From an uncultured virus (IMG/VR IMGVR_UViG_3300032050_009172) (Duplodnaviria; Heunggongvirae; Uroviricota; Caudoviricetes): DNA of 64,000 nucleotides. The stretch lies in IMG/VR virus record IMGVR_UViG_3300032050_009172; one strand, written 5' to 3'. A program made the position numbers and the translations under genes. Numbering within the stretch: the first letter of the stretch is position 1; each line of letters opens with the position of its first letter. The notes below the pieces were generated by a model. The model did no database searches and was not told the DNA's origin. It saw only the letters and a list, made by a program, of their open reading frames with translations. Positions 1 through 9,679 of the stretch are shown piece by piece.

Positions 1-2
1 AA

Positions 3-140
3 ATTGCCGCAGAACCAGGTAAGTACAAGTTGCGCTATGAATTATTGCCTGGAACATTAGCGTCAATACAGCAGCTGAATTGGCGTGTGGTTGATGGCCC
101 GGGCATGATAGACAGCGGCGGCGAGTTGGAAATACTATAA
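3..140 (+). CDS. 3' end of hypothetical protein (truncated by window edge)
   Basis: Open frame from the window start to TAA at 138-140, which overlaps the ATG of the next gene (TAATG). Confidence 0.6.
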   Translation: MAAEPGKYKLRYELLPGTLASIQQLNWRVVDGPGMIDSGGELEIL

Positions 141-352
141 TGAAAATTCAAGAAATCATGGAAAATGCGTCAGTGGGCGGCACCAGTGCTGGTAGTATAG
201 CACCTGTGAGCCAGGCCTTAGGCATGGTGTCAAGATCAGGCGGATCCTTGTTGAGTGGTAAATATACAACTGATCCTACGCCTAACACGCCCAAGGAATA
301 CAAAAGGAATAAGAATGTTAGCGGACGCTTTAAAAACACTCCTGGCAACTGA
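140..352 (+). CDS. small hypothetical protein, possibly an internal head protein
   Basis: 70 aa. The N-terminus MKIQEIME resembles T4-type capsid-targeting leaders ending in Glu. Coupled to the upstream stop. Confidence 0.6.
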   Translation: MKIQEIMENASVGGTSAGSIAPVSQALGMVSRSGGSLLSGKYTTDPTPNTPKEYKRNKNVSGRFKNTPGN

Positions 353-755
353 GGAGGCTTTTGCTCTCAAAGCCAAACAGTTCCACTGGAACGTTGAAGG
401 CCCAGACTTTGGCCAGCTTCACGCTTTCTTTGACGCAATCCATGACGATGTTTATGGTGCTACAGATCCCACAGCAGAATACATACGTGCCCTGGGCGAC
501 TATGCTCCTGGTAGTTTTGAACGATTTGTAGAATTAACAAAAATACAGGGCCAAACAAAAATTCCACGTGCCCGACTCATGCTAGAAGAACTCTTGGCCA
601 ACAACGGCCAAATGTTGGATCTTCTCAATCAAGTCTTCCAAGTAGCAACTGAAGAAAACCAACAAGGTATTGCTAACTTCATTGCTGAACGCATCGATGC
701 TCATCAAAAGCATGGCTGGATGCTGAGAAGTTACCTGAAAGAAGAAAGAGCATGA
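315..755 (+). CDS. dps: Dps / ferritin-like DNA protection protein
   Basis: FHWNVEGPDFGQLH..F, D..AE.IRALG and C-terminal HQKHGWML are Dps motifs. Start moved to ATG 315 after the AAGGA SD. Confidence 0.9.
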   Translation: MLADALKTLLATEEAFALKAKQFHWNVEGPDFGQLHAFFDAIHDDVYGATDPTAEYIRALGDYAPGSFERFVELTKIQGQTKIPRARLMLEELLANNGQMLDLLNQVFQVATEENQQGIANFIAERIDAHQKHGWMLRSYLKEERA

Positions 756-1477
756 GTTCGGACATTAGATCAATACTGGAACGCCTTGCGGCGGTAGAAG
801 GTAAACTTACGCCAGTAGGCGTCAAGCATGGGCTTAACACACAACAAAAAGGTGTGCCACAGTTGCCTGCGCTGTTCAAGCCTAAATCAGCCAGTCCTGC
901 GTTGCGTGCCAAAAAAGATCCAGCACATCCAATGGATGGATACATGGTGGGTGATTCTGTAGAGCCCAGAAAATCCGCACTAGAAGAAGCCATGCAAGAA
1001 GTTGAAGAAGATATGTTGAGCAAGGTCAAGAAGGACCTTACACAATATCTTGATCAGTTGGAACAAAAAGTTCGAGTTGATCGTGAACTCAAAGACAAAG
1101 CAGTTGACGCTGTGGAAAAAGGTCAAGCCGAAGAAGAAATTGAAGAAGATGACTACGAGTTGACAGATCCCAGCACAGTGCATGGCATCGAGGACAAAGT
1201 AGACACTCAGCTAGGCAACCCACAACAGCCTATCAATGACATGTCAGAAACATCATCTGCTCCGGTAAAAAGTTACGCCATGGAATATGGTGTTACCTTT
1301 GAATGTTATGGCAACGAAAAGGATGGATTTGAACTGCGGCAAGGTAATAGATCCATGCCCAGCAAATTTAAAAACCTAGACCATGCTGACATGGCAGTAA
1401 AGTTGTTTCAAAAACGCAGAGCAATGAAACAACAGGCTCAACAAACAAGCCAACAAGATTATTTGGATGAACGCTAA
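752..1477 (+). CDS. hypothetical acidic/coiled-coil protein (putative virion protein)
   Basis: 241-aa ORF with ATGA overlap to dps. Confidence 0.75.
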   Translation: MSSDIRSILERLAAVEGKLTPVGVKHGLNTQQKGVPQLPALFKPKSASPALRAKKDPAHPMDGYMVGDSVEPRKSALEEAMQEVEEDMLSKVKKDLTQYLDQLEQKVRVDRELKDKAVDAVEKGQAEEEIEEDDYELTDPSTVHGIEDKVDTQLGNPQQPINDMSETSSAPVKSYAMEYGVTFECYGNEKDGFELRQGNRSMPSKFKNLDHADMAVKLFQKRRAMKQQAQQTSQQDYLDER

Positions 1478-3011
1478 AATGATATACACTGATCTAATCA
1501 AACCAACTACCACAATCAACGAGCAACAGCTTGACGAAATTAGCCTGGACCAGGTTGGTCGAGGCATTGGCGGCCTTGTCGGCGGCATTGGTAAAACAGC
1601 AGGCGCTGTGGCAGGTATTCCGCAAGGCCTGGGTCGAGCAATTAAAAAAGGTTATCGTGGATCAGTAAAAGGCATTGGTGGCGAAGATGATGCTGGCAGC
1701 ACAGTGCCCGGCGCAGCCTATGGTGACACATCTGGCGCCAAGGCCGGCGGTAAAGCAGAAATGCCAATTGGATCTAATACGATTAATCCTCGTACCGGCA
1801 AGCCCTATGTGCCTAGTGATTTTTCTGGGCCGTCAGGTGGTAGTGCAACAGCAACACCTGCACCTGCTGCTTCTGGCGGTGGCGGTGGCGCAGCAGCCAC
1901 ACGAGATGCTGACACAGTCAAAACAGAACTGCGCAATTTAGATGCAGCCTACAAAACAAGACGCAATGCGCTAAACAAAGAACTTGAAGCACTGTCATCA
2001 ACACCTGCTGGTGATGCTGGCACAGAACCTACTGCAGAACCCGCAACCGGTGCATTGGGATCAGCAATTGCAGGAACCCCAACTGGTGGCAAGCCTGAAA
2101 CAGTCAGCATTGGTGGACAAAAGATTTCTCCAAGCGATCCGTTGTATGCCAAAATTGCCGCATCACAAGTGATGCAAAACAAACCTCTAGTGCAATCCAT
2201 TCAAGCTCTTGACGCCAAGCAGTTGGAAATAGTCAAACAGATATTGTCTAAAAAGGCCGCTGGTGCATTGGAAGAACGTTTGCCTCCTACAGTCGCACCT
2301 GTGGTACCAAACAAAAGCAGAATGAGCCAAGCATACGACATGGGCAAACAAGCTCTAAAAACCACAGGTTCAGCAATTGCTGCAACACCACGTGCGCTTT
2401 CAACTGCTGCTGGTGCCACAAGAGGTGCATTCACTGGAATGTCACAAGCATACGCTAAAGGCAAACAAGCTGGTACCAAGTATGTAGGGCAAGGCGAATT
2501 GAGCTGGGACGATATACAAGTTGAATTGGCCAATCTGTCAGTAGAAGATGCCAAAGCATTGTTGAGTTTTGTAAATCAACTGGGAGTCACAGCAGCAGAG
2601 CCTGCTCCAGCACCAGCGCCAGCACCAGGAGCGACAGCACATGAACCAAGTGATGTTCAAATAGCTAATTTAGTTAGAGATGTTCAGAAAGGACCTGATG
2701 AAGTATTATCCAGATTTGCCGCAAGAACAGATTTACATCCAAAAATGAAAGCAGTTCTTGATGCTGAGATAGCAAAAAGAGCTAGTAGACCACCCGCACC
2801 TGCTCCAGCAGACGCCTCTGGCTCAGGAGCAGCCGGCAAGGTTCCTGGATACACAGGTCGCAAGGTCAAACTGCCTACAAAGCAAACAAAAACTCTGCCC
2901 ACAAAGACTAAAAAGAAAAAACTAAGAGAGAAGATTGTTGCAGAAACTTTGACTTGGAGCAAAAACTTTGATCCAAGCCGCCACCTAATCAAACAAATCC
3001 GTCGTACATAA
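1467..3011 (+). CDS. Ala/Gly/Pro-rich putative virion (internal head) protein
   Basis: 514 aa, PAPAPA linkers, two related amphipathic G-rich segments, LDE/LEE/VAE motifs. Confidence 0.75.
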   Translation: MNAKMIYTDLIKPTTTINEQQLDEISLDQVGRGIGGLVGGIGKTAGAVAGIPQGLGRAIKKGYRGSVKGIGGEDDAGSTVPGAAYGDTSGAKAGGKAEMPIGSNTINPRTGKPYVPSDFSGPSGGSATATPAPAASGGGGGAAATRDADTVKTELRNLDAAYKTRRNALNKELEALSSTPAGDAGTEPTAEPATGALGSAIAGTPTGGKPETVSIGGQKISPSDPLYAKIAASQVMQNKPLVQSIQALDAKQLEIVKQILSKKAAGALEERLPPTVAPVVPNKSRMSQAYDMGKQALKTTGSAIAATPRALSTAAGATRGAFTGMSQAYAKGKQAGTKYVGQGELSWDDIQVELANLSVEDAKALLSFVNQLGVTAAEPAPAPAPAPGATAHEPSDVQIANLVRDVQKGPDEVLSRFAARTDLHPKMKAVLDAEIAKRASRPPAPAPADASGSGAAGKVPGYTGRKVKLPTKQTKTLPTKTKKKKLREKIVAETLTWSKNFDPSRHLIKQIRRT

Positions 3012-3014
3012 GAA

Positions 3015-3088
3015 CTCTGGCCTTAGGACCGAGTGGGCGGCTTCTGCCCGGGTCATTGGATTCGCTACCCAATGATCCAAAACGAGCA
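3015..3088 (+). ncRNA. structured intergenic RNA element (three hairpins), function unknown
   Basis: Stems GGGCGG/CTGCCC (3035-3049) and GGGTCATTGG/CCAATGATCC (3050-3078), no U-tract. Confidence 0.4.
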
Positions 3089-3096
3089 ACCATACA

Positions 3097-3125
3097 TTGA
3101 CTTTCTTTAAATAAATCTATATACT
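3097..3125 (+). promoter_or_regulatory. sigma70-type promoter
   Basis: TTGACT-17-TATACT, followed by the AGGAGG SD of the 3144 gene. Confidence 0.65.
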
Positions 3126-3143
3126 ATTGTTTTAGGAGGCTCT

Positions 3144-3404
3144 ATGAGCGGCAAAACATTTAACGGCGAGCAAAAACTCAAACTCACTCAGATCATCAAC
3201 GAAGGCATGCAAGTCATGCACGAAATTGAAACTCTCAACGGCGGACTTACTGACACCATCAAGGCTGTGGCTGAAGAACTGGAAATCAAGCCTGCTGTAC
3301 TTAAAAAAGCAATCAAGCTGGCACACAAAGCTGAATTTGGCAAAGCCAAACAGGATCACGAAACCCTGGAAACTATTTTAGAAACAGTTGGTAAAACTCT
3401 TTGA
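3144..3404 (+). CDS. small dsDNA-binding protein (T4 DsbA / GapR-like)
   Basis: 86-aa helical protein with the pattern IKAVAEELEIKPAVLKKAIKL; perfect SD. Confidence 0.6.
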   Translation: MSGKTFNGEQKLKLTQIINEGMQVMHEIETLNGGLTDTIKAVAEELEIKPAVLKKAIKLAHKAEFGKAKQDHETLETILETVGKTL

Positions 3405-4465
3405 GCTATCAAGTTTTTCAACACTGGGATCCATTACAGGTATGCGTGGTCGGTATGACGTACCCGCCGGATTATTACTATTGGATCCAAGATCGCAACA
3501 CACGCCAACGTTTCCAAACGTTGGCAGAAGAAACTGAACAAGATTATCAAGCCCTTATTGCACTATTGCAAAGCCGGTTCGGAATCCGTGTGTTGCGGCC
3601 TCAACTGCCTGAGGATCTCAGTGCTTTGAAAATTCATGATCATTGGGTGCCACCGCCTGTAACTCCAAGAGATTATTTCATCATGATTCATGATGAACTG
3701 TGGGTTCCGCAACAGCCAAACAGCTCACATGCTCAAAGAGCATACGCCAATCAAACTGAACTGACTTGGACAGAATTTCAACATAGAGATCTTGCACAAC
3801 ATCGTGCTAAATTGAGTTGTTATCAAAACGTCGTTGAGCATGTGTTGTCACAAGGCAACACAGTACGACATACAGATCTTGATGTAGTGTCAGGATGCTT
3901 TGTGAGTCGCATTGGTCAAGACTTGTATTTTGCCACTCAAAGTTATGATGAAGATCAAACACAACTGTTGGCCAAAGTCAATCAACTGTTCCCGCGCACA
4001 CGCAATCGCATTGTGAATGCTGGCGGTCACGGAGATGCTACCTATTGCCCAGTTACTCCTGGATTGATCATTAGCCTACGAGATGTGCCAACTTACGCAG
4101 ACACTTTTCCTGGATGGGAAGTGGTGTACTTGCCACCAAGTGATTATGCAGACACTGCGGAATTTCGAGCCAGCATGAAGCACAATCGAGGCCGCTGGAA
4201 CATTCCGGGCTTTGAATCAGATCCTAATCTTGTACACATGGTTGAACATTACTTTGAGTCTTGGGTAGGCAATGCTAGTGAAACTGTGTTTGATGTCAAC
4301 ATACTTGTGATAGATCAAAAGAACATTGTGGTATCCAGCCACAATGATCAAGTTGAAAAAGCCTGTGCTAGACACGGTATTGAAGTTCATGTGTCGCCGT
4401 TTAGGCATCGTTATTTTTGGGACGCTGGTATACACTGTATCACAAACGACTTGAGTCGAGCATGA
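3401..4465 (+). CDS. amidinotransferase family protein
   Basis: WDPL..CVVG, PRD, HGD, and C-terminal GIHCIT containing the catalytic Cys. Confidence 0.8.
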   Translation: MSYQVFQHWDPLQVCVVGMTYPPDYYYWIQDRNTRQRFQTLAEETEQDYQALIALLQSRFGIRVLRPQLPEDLSALKIHDHWVPPPVTPRDYFIMIHDELWVPQQPNSSHAQRAYANQTELTWTEFQHRDLAQHRAKLSCYQNVVEHVLSQGNTVRHTDLDVVSGCFVSRIGQDLYFATQSYDEDQTQLLAKVNQLFPRTRNRIVNAGGHGDATYCPVTPGLIISLRDVPTYADTFPGWEVVYLPPSDYADTAEFRASMKHNRGRWNIPGFESDPNLVHMVEHYFESWVGNASETVFDVNILVIDQKNIVVSSHNDQVEKACARHGIEVHVSPFRHRYFWDAGIHCITNDLSRA

Positions 4466-4493
4466 TAAGATTTCCTGTCAACACACTGTCTAA

Positions 4494-4561
4494 TATAAAT
4501 ATCTGCGAGTCGCTCTCGTTACGAGCATGAATCATGGCTTACCGGCCACAAACGGAGAACA
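4494..4561 (+). promoter_or_regulatory. T4-like late promoter plus structured leader of the DNA polymerase gene
   Basis: TATAAATA at 4494-4501; hairpins at 4515-4525 and 4535-4548; the second hairpin's CCG can pair with CGG overlapping the SD. Confidence 0.45.
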
Positions 4562-7222
4562 ATGAGTTATATCGACGCACTTTTTGATCGTGAACACGAT
4601 CGCATACATGTAGTAGAACGCCGCGATGGCGAACGAGTCTACAAGGAATATCCTGCCAACTACATTTTCTATTATGACGATCCTAGAGGCAAGTTTCAAA
4701 GCATCTACGGCACACCTGTAAATAGATTCTCATCGCGCAACAACAAAGAATTTCGCAAGGAAGTTCGCAGCCAGTCGGGCAAGCAGTTGTATGAATCAGA
4801 CATCAATCCTATCTTTAGATGTTTGGAAGAGAACTACAAAGACCAAGATGCTCCAGAACTGCACACAGCATTTTTTGACATCGAAGTTGCGTTTGATGCA
4901 GAGCGTGGATTCTCGCCTGTGGCAGATCCCTTCAATCCTATCACTGCTATATCTGTATATTTAGATTGGCTGGATCAGATGATCACACTGGCGGTGCCGC
5001 CTAAACATCTAAGCTGGGATACTGCACAAGAGCTGGTGGCCGAGTTTGAAAATACCATCTTGTTTGAGCGTGAAGAAGACATGATCAAAATGTTCTTGGA
5101 TGTGATTGAAGGTGCGGATGTACTTACAGGTTGGAACTCAGAAGGTTACGACATTCCTTACACAGTAAATCGTACCACAAGAATACTCAGCAAGGATGAC
5201 ACACGACGCTTTTGTTTGTGGGGACAGTTTCCCAAGCAAAGAATGTTTGAACGCTTTGGCGCAGAGAATCAAACTTACGACTTAGTCGGTCGTGTGCATA
5301 TGGACTACATGCAGTTGTATCGCAAGTACACATACGAGGAACGCCACTCATATAGTTTGGATGCTATCGGCGAGTACGAGCTGGGTGAACGCAAAACACA
5401 ATTTGAAGGCACACTGGATCAGTTGTACAACCAGCACTTCAAAAAGTTTATTGAGTACAACCGCCAAGACACCATGATCATTGCCAAGTTAGACAAGAAA
5501 TTGCGTTTCTTGGACCTAGCCAATGAACTGGCACACGCCAATACTGTGTTGCTACAAACCACAATGGGTGCTGTGGCAGTGACTGAACAGGCCATTATCA
5601 ATGAAGCACACGAGCGTGGAATGGTTGTGCCCAATCGTAAGCAACGCCTTACAGATGATGACACCCAGGCCGCAGGTGCTTATGTGGCATATCCTAAAAA
5701 GGGCCTGCACATGTGGATTGGGTCAGTGGACATCAACAGTCTATATCCATCTGCAATTCGTGCCATGAACATGGGTCCAGAAACTGTGGTGGGCCAATTG
5801 CGGCAAACCATGACTGATCAGTTGATCAAATCCAACATGGCCAAGGGACAAAGTTTTGCGGCTGCATGGGAAGGCTTGTTTGCCAGTTTAGAGTATACTG
5901 CTGTGATGGAACAGCAACGTGGTACAGAAATTACCATTGACTGGGAAGGTGGCGAAGAGTCAGTACACTCTGCTATGGAAATCTGGCACATGATCTTTGA
6001 CTCAAATCAACCTTGGATCCTTACTGCCAATGGTACCATTCTCACTTACGAGAAGAAAGGTATCATCCCTGGCCTGCTGGAACGCTGGTATCGTGAACGA
6101 CAAGAACTGCAAGCCAAGAAGAAGCAGACCAAGGATCCCAAAGAGATTGCGTTCTGGGACAAACGTCAATTGGTCAAGAAGATTAACTTGAATAGCTTGT
6201 ATGGTGCTATTTTGAATCCAGGCTGTAGATTCTTTGACAAGCGTATTGGGCAGTCAACCACACTGGCAGGTCGAAGTATTGCCAAGCACATGGATGCTCA
6301 CATCAATGAGTGCATCACAGGCGAATATGATCACACAGGCAAGGCCATCATCTATGGTGATACAGACTCATGCTATTTTTCTGCGTGGCCCATACTGGAA
6401 AAAGAAGTTGCAGAAGGACGGATGGAATGGTCAAAAGAAATCTGCATCCAACTGTACGACTCAATTGCTGATCAAGTGAATGAGAGCTTTCCAGCGTTTA
6501 TGGAACAGGCGTTCCATTGTCCCCGAGACATGGGTGCGTTGATCAAAGCAGGTCGTGAACTGGTTGCTGACCGCAGTTTGTTCATTACCAAGAAGCGTTA
6601 TGCTGTGAACATCATTGACTTGGAAGGCAAGCGACTGGATGTAGACGGCAAGATTGGCAAGACCAAGGCCATGGGCTTGGATCTCAAGCGTTCAGATACC
6701 CCCAAAGTAATTCAAGACTTCCTGTTAGAAATTCTAAATAAAGTACTGGCAGGTACACAACGAGATGAGATCATTGAACGCATTAGAGAATTCAAGTATG
6801 AGTTTAAAGAGCGTCCAGGCTGGGAAAAAGGATCGCCTAAGCGTGTGAACAACTTGACCAAATATGCGGCAGAGGAAGCACGCCTGGGCAAAGCAAACAT
6901 GCCAGGACACGTTCGTGCCGCAATGAATTGGAATCAAATGCGTAGAATGAATTCAGACAACTACTCAATGCAGGTTGTGGATGGTATGAAAACCATTGTG
7001 TGCAAACTCAAATCAAATGCACTTGGATGGACATCAATTGGCTATCCTACAGATGAGCAAAGATTGCCTGCATGGTTTACTGAACTGCCGTTTGACGATG
7101 GGCTAATGGAAGCAACTGTTGTGGATCAAAAGGTCGACAACTTGCTGGGTGTGTTGGAATGGGACCTTGCGTCTGCTACCAACACAGAAAATACTTTTAC
7201 ATCACTATTTTCATTCGAATGA
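4562..7222 (+). CDS. polB: family B DNA polymerase (T4 gp43-like)
   Basis: ExoI FFDIE, ExoII WNSEGYDIPY, DINSLYPS, KINLNSLYG, YGDTDS, KKRY. No intein apparent. Confidence 0.97.
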   Translation: MSYIDALFDREHDRIHVVERRDGERVYKEYPANYIFYYDDPRGKFQSIYGTPVNRFSSRNNKEFRKEVRSQSGKQLYESDINPIFRCLEENYKDQDAPELHTAFFDIEVAFDAERGFSPVADPFNPITAISVYLDWLDQMITLAVPPKHLSWDTAQELVAEFENTILFEREEDMIKMFLDVIEGADVLTGWNSEGYDIPYTVNRTTRILSKDDTRRFCLWGQFPKQRMFERFGAENQTYDLVGRVHMDYMQLYRKYTYEERHSYSLDAIGEYELGERKTQFEGTLDQLYNQHFKKFIEYNRQDTMIIAKLDKKLRFLDLANELAHANTVLLQTTMGAVAVTEQAIINEAHERGMVVPNRKQRLTDDDTQAAGAYVAYPKKGLHMWIGSVDINSLYPSAIRAMNMGPETVVGQLRQTMTDQLIKSNMAKGQSFAAAWEGLFASLEYTAVMEQQRGTEITIDWEGGEESVHSAMEIWHMIFDSNQPWILTANGTILTYEKKGIIPGLLERWYRERQELQAKKKQTKDPKEIAFWDKRQLVKKINLNSLYGAILNPGCRFFDKRIGQSTTLAGRSIAKHMDAHINECITGEYDHTGKAIIYGDTDSCYFSAWPILEKEVAEGRMEWSKEICIQLYDSIADQVNESFPAFMEQAFHCPRDMGALIKAGRELVADRSLFITKKRYAVNIIDLEGKRLDVDGKIGKTKAMGLDLKRSDTPKVIQDFLLEILNKVLAGTQRDEIIERIREFKYEFKERPGWEKGSPKRVNNLTKYAAEEARLGKANMPGHVRAAMNWNQMRRMNSDNYSMQVVDGMKTIVCKLKSNALGWTSIGYPTDEQRLPAWFTELPFDDGLMEATVVDQKVDNLLGVLEWDLASATNTENTFTSLFSFE

Positions 7223-8163
7223 AACTGAGCGAACTTGTTGATTACTTGAACCACATTGATGAATTTGAGTTAGGTCAAATTCATCAAGAAGCCCGTCACA
7301 GACTTGATGCTGTGATACACAAAATTGCCAACCACAATGTGCAATTTAACAAATTTACACAAGGCATCATTGCCAATGGTAACAAAATTAATGAAAGTTT
7401 CCAGCAATTCAATCATACCATTGACGCTATACGCAGTCACGTGATTGACGCTATGACTGCACAGCATCCAGAATACTTGCGTGAAAGTTTGAGATTGTTC
7501 CAGCATGAAATGTGTTATGACACTACCGAACACATTCTTAATCGTAGGCTACGTTGCGATCCCGAAAGTGCTGAACTACTACAAGGTAGAATTTTACGCT
7601 ACACAGATTGGCGTGTGCCTGGATTGATTTTCAGACCAGCACTGGAACAACACGTGGAGCAATTGGTACCATTGGACCCGTTGTACATGATTGACAACAA
7701 TCTTGAATTGCTAGAACCTGCCTGTCAAGGATTTACTGAAGAATATCGACGTAGACTGAGATTATACACAGCTGAAGAGATTCTAGGCAAACCAATACTT
7801 GCACTGTTGCCAGATGCTCAGTTTGGATATTGCTTTGCTTACAATTACTTCAATTACAAACCATTGGAATTGATATGTCAGTACTTGGATGAGCTGTGGA
7901 AAAAACTTCGGCCTGGCGGAGTGGTGTTTTTTACCTACAACGACTGTGATCGTGCTCACGGAGTTGCATTGGCCGAGCGCAGTTACATGTGCTACACTCC
8001 AGGATCGTTGATTCAAGAACATGCTGAAACATTGGGATTTGAGCTCATGCATCGTCACAATGGCCCTGCTGACGTTGCATGGTTTGAGTTCCAAAAACCT
8101 GGAGAAATAGATTCGCTTAGAGGCGGACAAACATTAGCCAGAATAGTTGCAAATTCTAAATAA
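7219..8163 (+). CDS. protein with C-terminal class I SAM-methyltransferase-like domain
   Basis: ATGA-coupled to the polymerase gene; LWKKLRPGGVVFFTY motif. Confidence 0.6.
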   Translation: MKLSELVDYLNHIDEFELGQIHQEARHRLDAVIHKIANHNVQFNKFTQGIIANGNKINESFQQFNHTIDAIRSHVIDAMTAQHPEYLRESLRLFQHEMCYDTTEHILNRRLRCDPESAELLQGRILRYTDWRVPGLIFRPALEQHVEQLVPLDPLYMIDNNLELLEPACQGFTEEYRRRLRLYTAEEILGKPILALLPDAQFGYCFAYNYFNYKPLELICQYLDELWKKLRPGGVVFFTYNDCDRAHGVALAERSYMCYTPGSLIQEHAETLGFELMHRHNGPADVAWFEFQKPGEIDSLRGGQTLARIVANSK

Positions 8164-8196
8164 ACCTGTTAAACTTAAACATTAGGAGTATACAAA

Positions 8197-8919
8197 ATGA
8201 GAGATTATCTATTAGACTTAGTACAACACACACACGATCTTGGCTGCATTGATTTGATCAAGATTGTAGGCGATGACAAAGCCACACAAATTGTAGGCCT
8301 TGCTGAAGACATGAGCGTGGTTGTGGAAGGTGAATTCAAAAATCCACATCCAGACTTTGTGGGCACATTTGGCATGCCAAACTTGGCCAAGATCAAAATT
8401 CTGTTGAACTTGCAGGAGTACAAAGAAAACGCCAAACTCAGCTTGAGTCGCCGAGCAGGCGGCGAGCCAGATGGCATCAAGTTTGAAAATGCCGCAGGCG
8501 ATTTTCAAAACAACTATCGTTTCATGGCCGAAGCCATTGTGACTGAAAAACTCAAGACGCCCAAGTTCAAAGGTGTAAACTGGCACATTGAATTTGAACC
8601 CACTGTGGCTGCCATCCAACGCCTGCGTATGCAAGCACAGGCCAATGCTGAAGAACCACATTTCCAGGCCAAGACTGAAAACGGAGACTTGAAGTTTTTC
8701 TTTGGTGATCATAGCACACATGCTGGTAACTTTGTGTTCCACCCAGGTGTAAATGGTCAATTGAAACGTGCTTGGTCGTGGCCTGCTCAACAAGTCATGA
8801 GTATCCTGTCATTGACTGGGGACAAGACCGTTCGTATCAGTGATGATGGTGCTGCCAAGATCACGGTGGATAGTGGCATTGCTGTTTACAATTATATCTT
8901 ACCAGCACAAAGCAAGTGA
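8197..8919 (+). CDS. putative DNA sliding clamp (gp45/PCNA-like)
   Basis: 240 aa with a beta/alpha pattern and size compatible with a clamp; near the polymerase; AGGAG SD. The functional call is inference. Confidence 0.5.
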   Translation: MRDYLLDLVQHTHDLGCIDLIKIVGDDKATQIVGLAEDMSVVVEGEFKNPHPDFVGTFGMPNLAKIKILLNLQEYKENAKLSLSRRAGGEPDGIKFENAAGDFQNNYRFMAEAIVTEKLKTPKFKGVNWHIEFEPTVAAIQRLRMQAQANAEEPHFQAKTENGDLKFFFGDHSTHAGNFVFHPGVNGQLKRAWSWPAQQVMSILSLTGDKTVRISDDGAAKITVDSGIAVYNYILPAQSK

Positions 8920-8920
8920 T

Positions 8921-9679
8921 ATGTTTAAAAAACCAACAGGACCTAAATTTGTTGATGATGGTGATCCGGCAGGACCTAACCAAGCTGGGAATGGACAAAG
9001 CTATTGCATTGTCAAAGATAATCCATCAAGATGTTTGATTTACGTTCACATTCCTAAAAATGCCAGCAGCTGGACCAAGCATCATACACCGGGATATTTG
9101 TTTAACTACCGTACACAAAAATTTTACGAAGATATTCCAACACAATACAATATCAACGTTTCAACATGGTCAGAACATTTACAGAATGCCCAGTATGCTG
9201 TGATACTTAGAGATCCTATCAATCGGTGGGTGACTGGACTAGCACAGTATCTGCAAGGATGGGATCCAGAACATCCATTGCATATAAACAATGTTGATTG
9301 GGATATGATATTCGATACTGTAATGTTCGACAGTCACACTCAACCACAATGTGATTTTATTAAAGGTATCGATCATTCTAAGATCACTTGGTTACGGTGT
9401 GATGATGAGCTGGCCAAAAACTTTGGCAAGATGATGGAACAGTTTACTGGTACACCGTTTAATCTCACAACAGAAGATCAAGATCCTACCAATGTGTTTA
9501 ATATTACTAAAAAGATCAACCCCACAGTGACAGAATTGTTCACTACAGAGTTACAACAAAATATAGTAGATCGTATCAATGAAAAACTTTCAAGCAATCC
9601 AGACTATCTAAATAGACTTCGCAGTTTCTATAAAGAGGACTGTGAACTATTTGAAACAGTAAACTTTTACCAAGCATGA
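8921..9679 (+). CDS. sulfotransferase family protein
   Basis: 5'-PSB-like YVHIPKNASS and 3'-PB-like ILRDP..R motifs; H..PQ. Confidence 0.7.
   Translation: MFKKPTGPKFVDDGDPAGPNQAGNGQSYCIVKDNPSRCLIYVHIPKNASSWTKHHTPGYLFNYRTQKFYEDIPTQYNINVSTWSEHLQNAQYAVILRDPINRWVTGLAQYLQGWDPEHPLHINNVDWDMIFDTVMFDSHTQPQCDFIKGIDHSKITWLRCDDELAKNFGKMMEQFTGTPFNLTTEDQDPTNVFNITKKINPTVTELFTTELQQNIVDRINEKLSSNPDYLNRLRSFYKEDCELFETVNFYQA

Noticed and set aside
4562..7222. Intein or intron in the DNA polymerase
   Set aside because: Continuous 886-aa ORF with normally spaced motifs.
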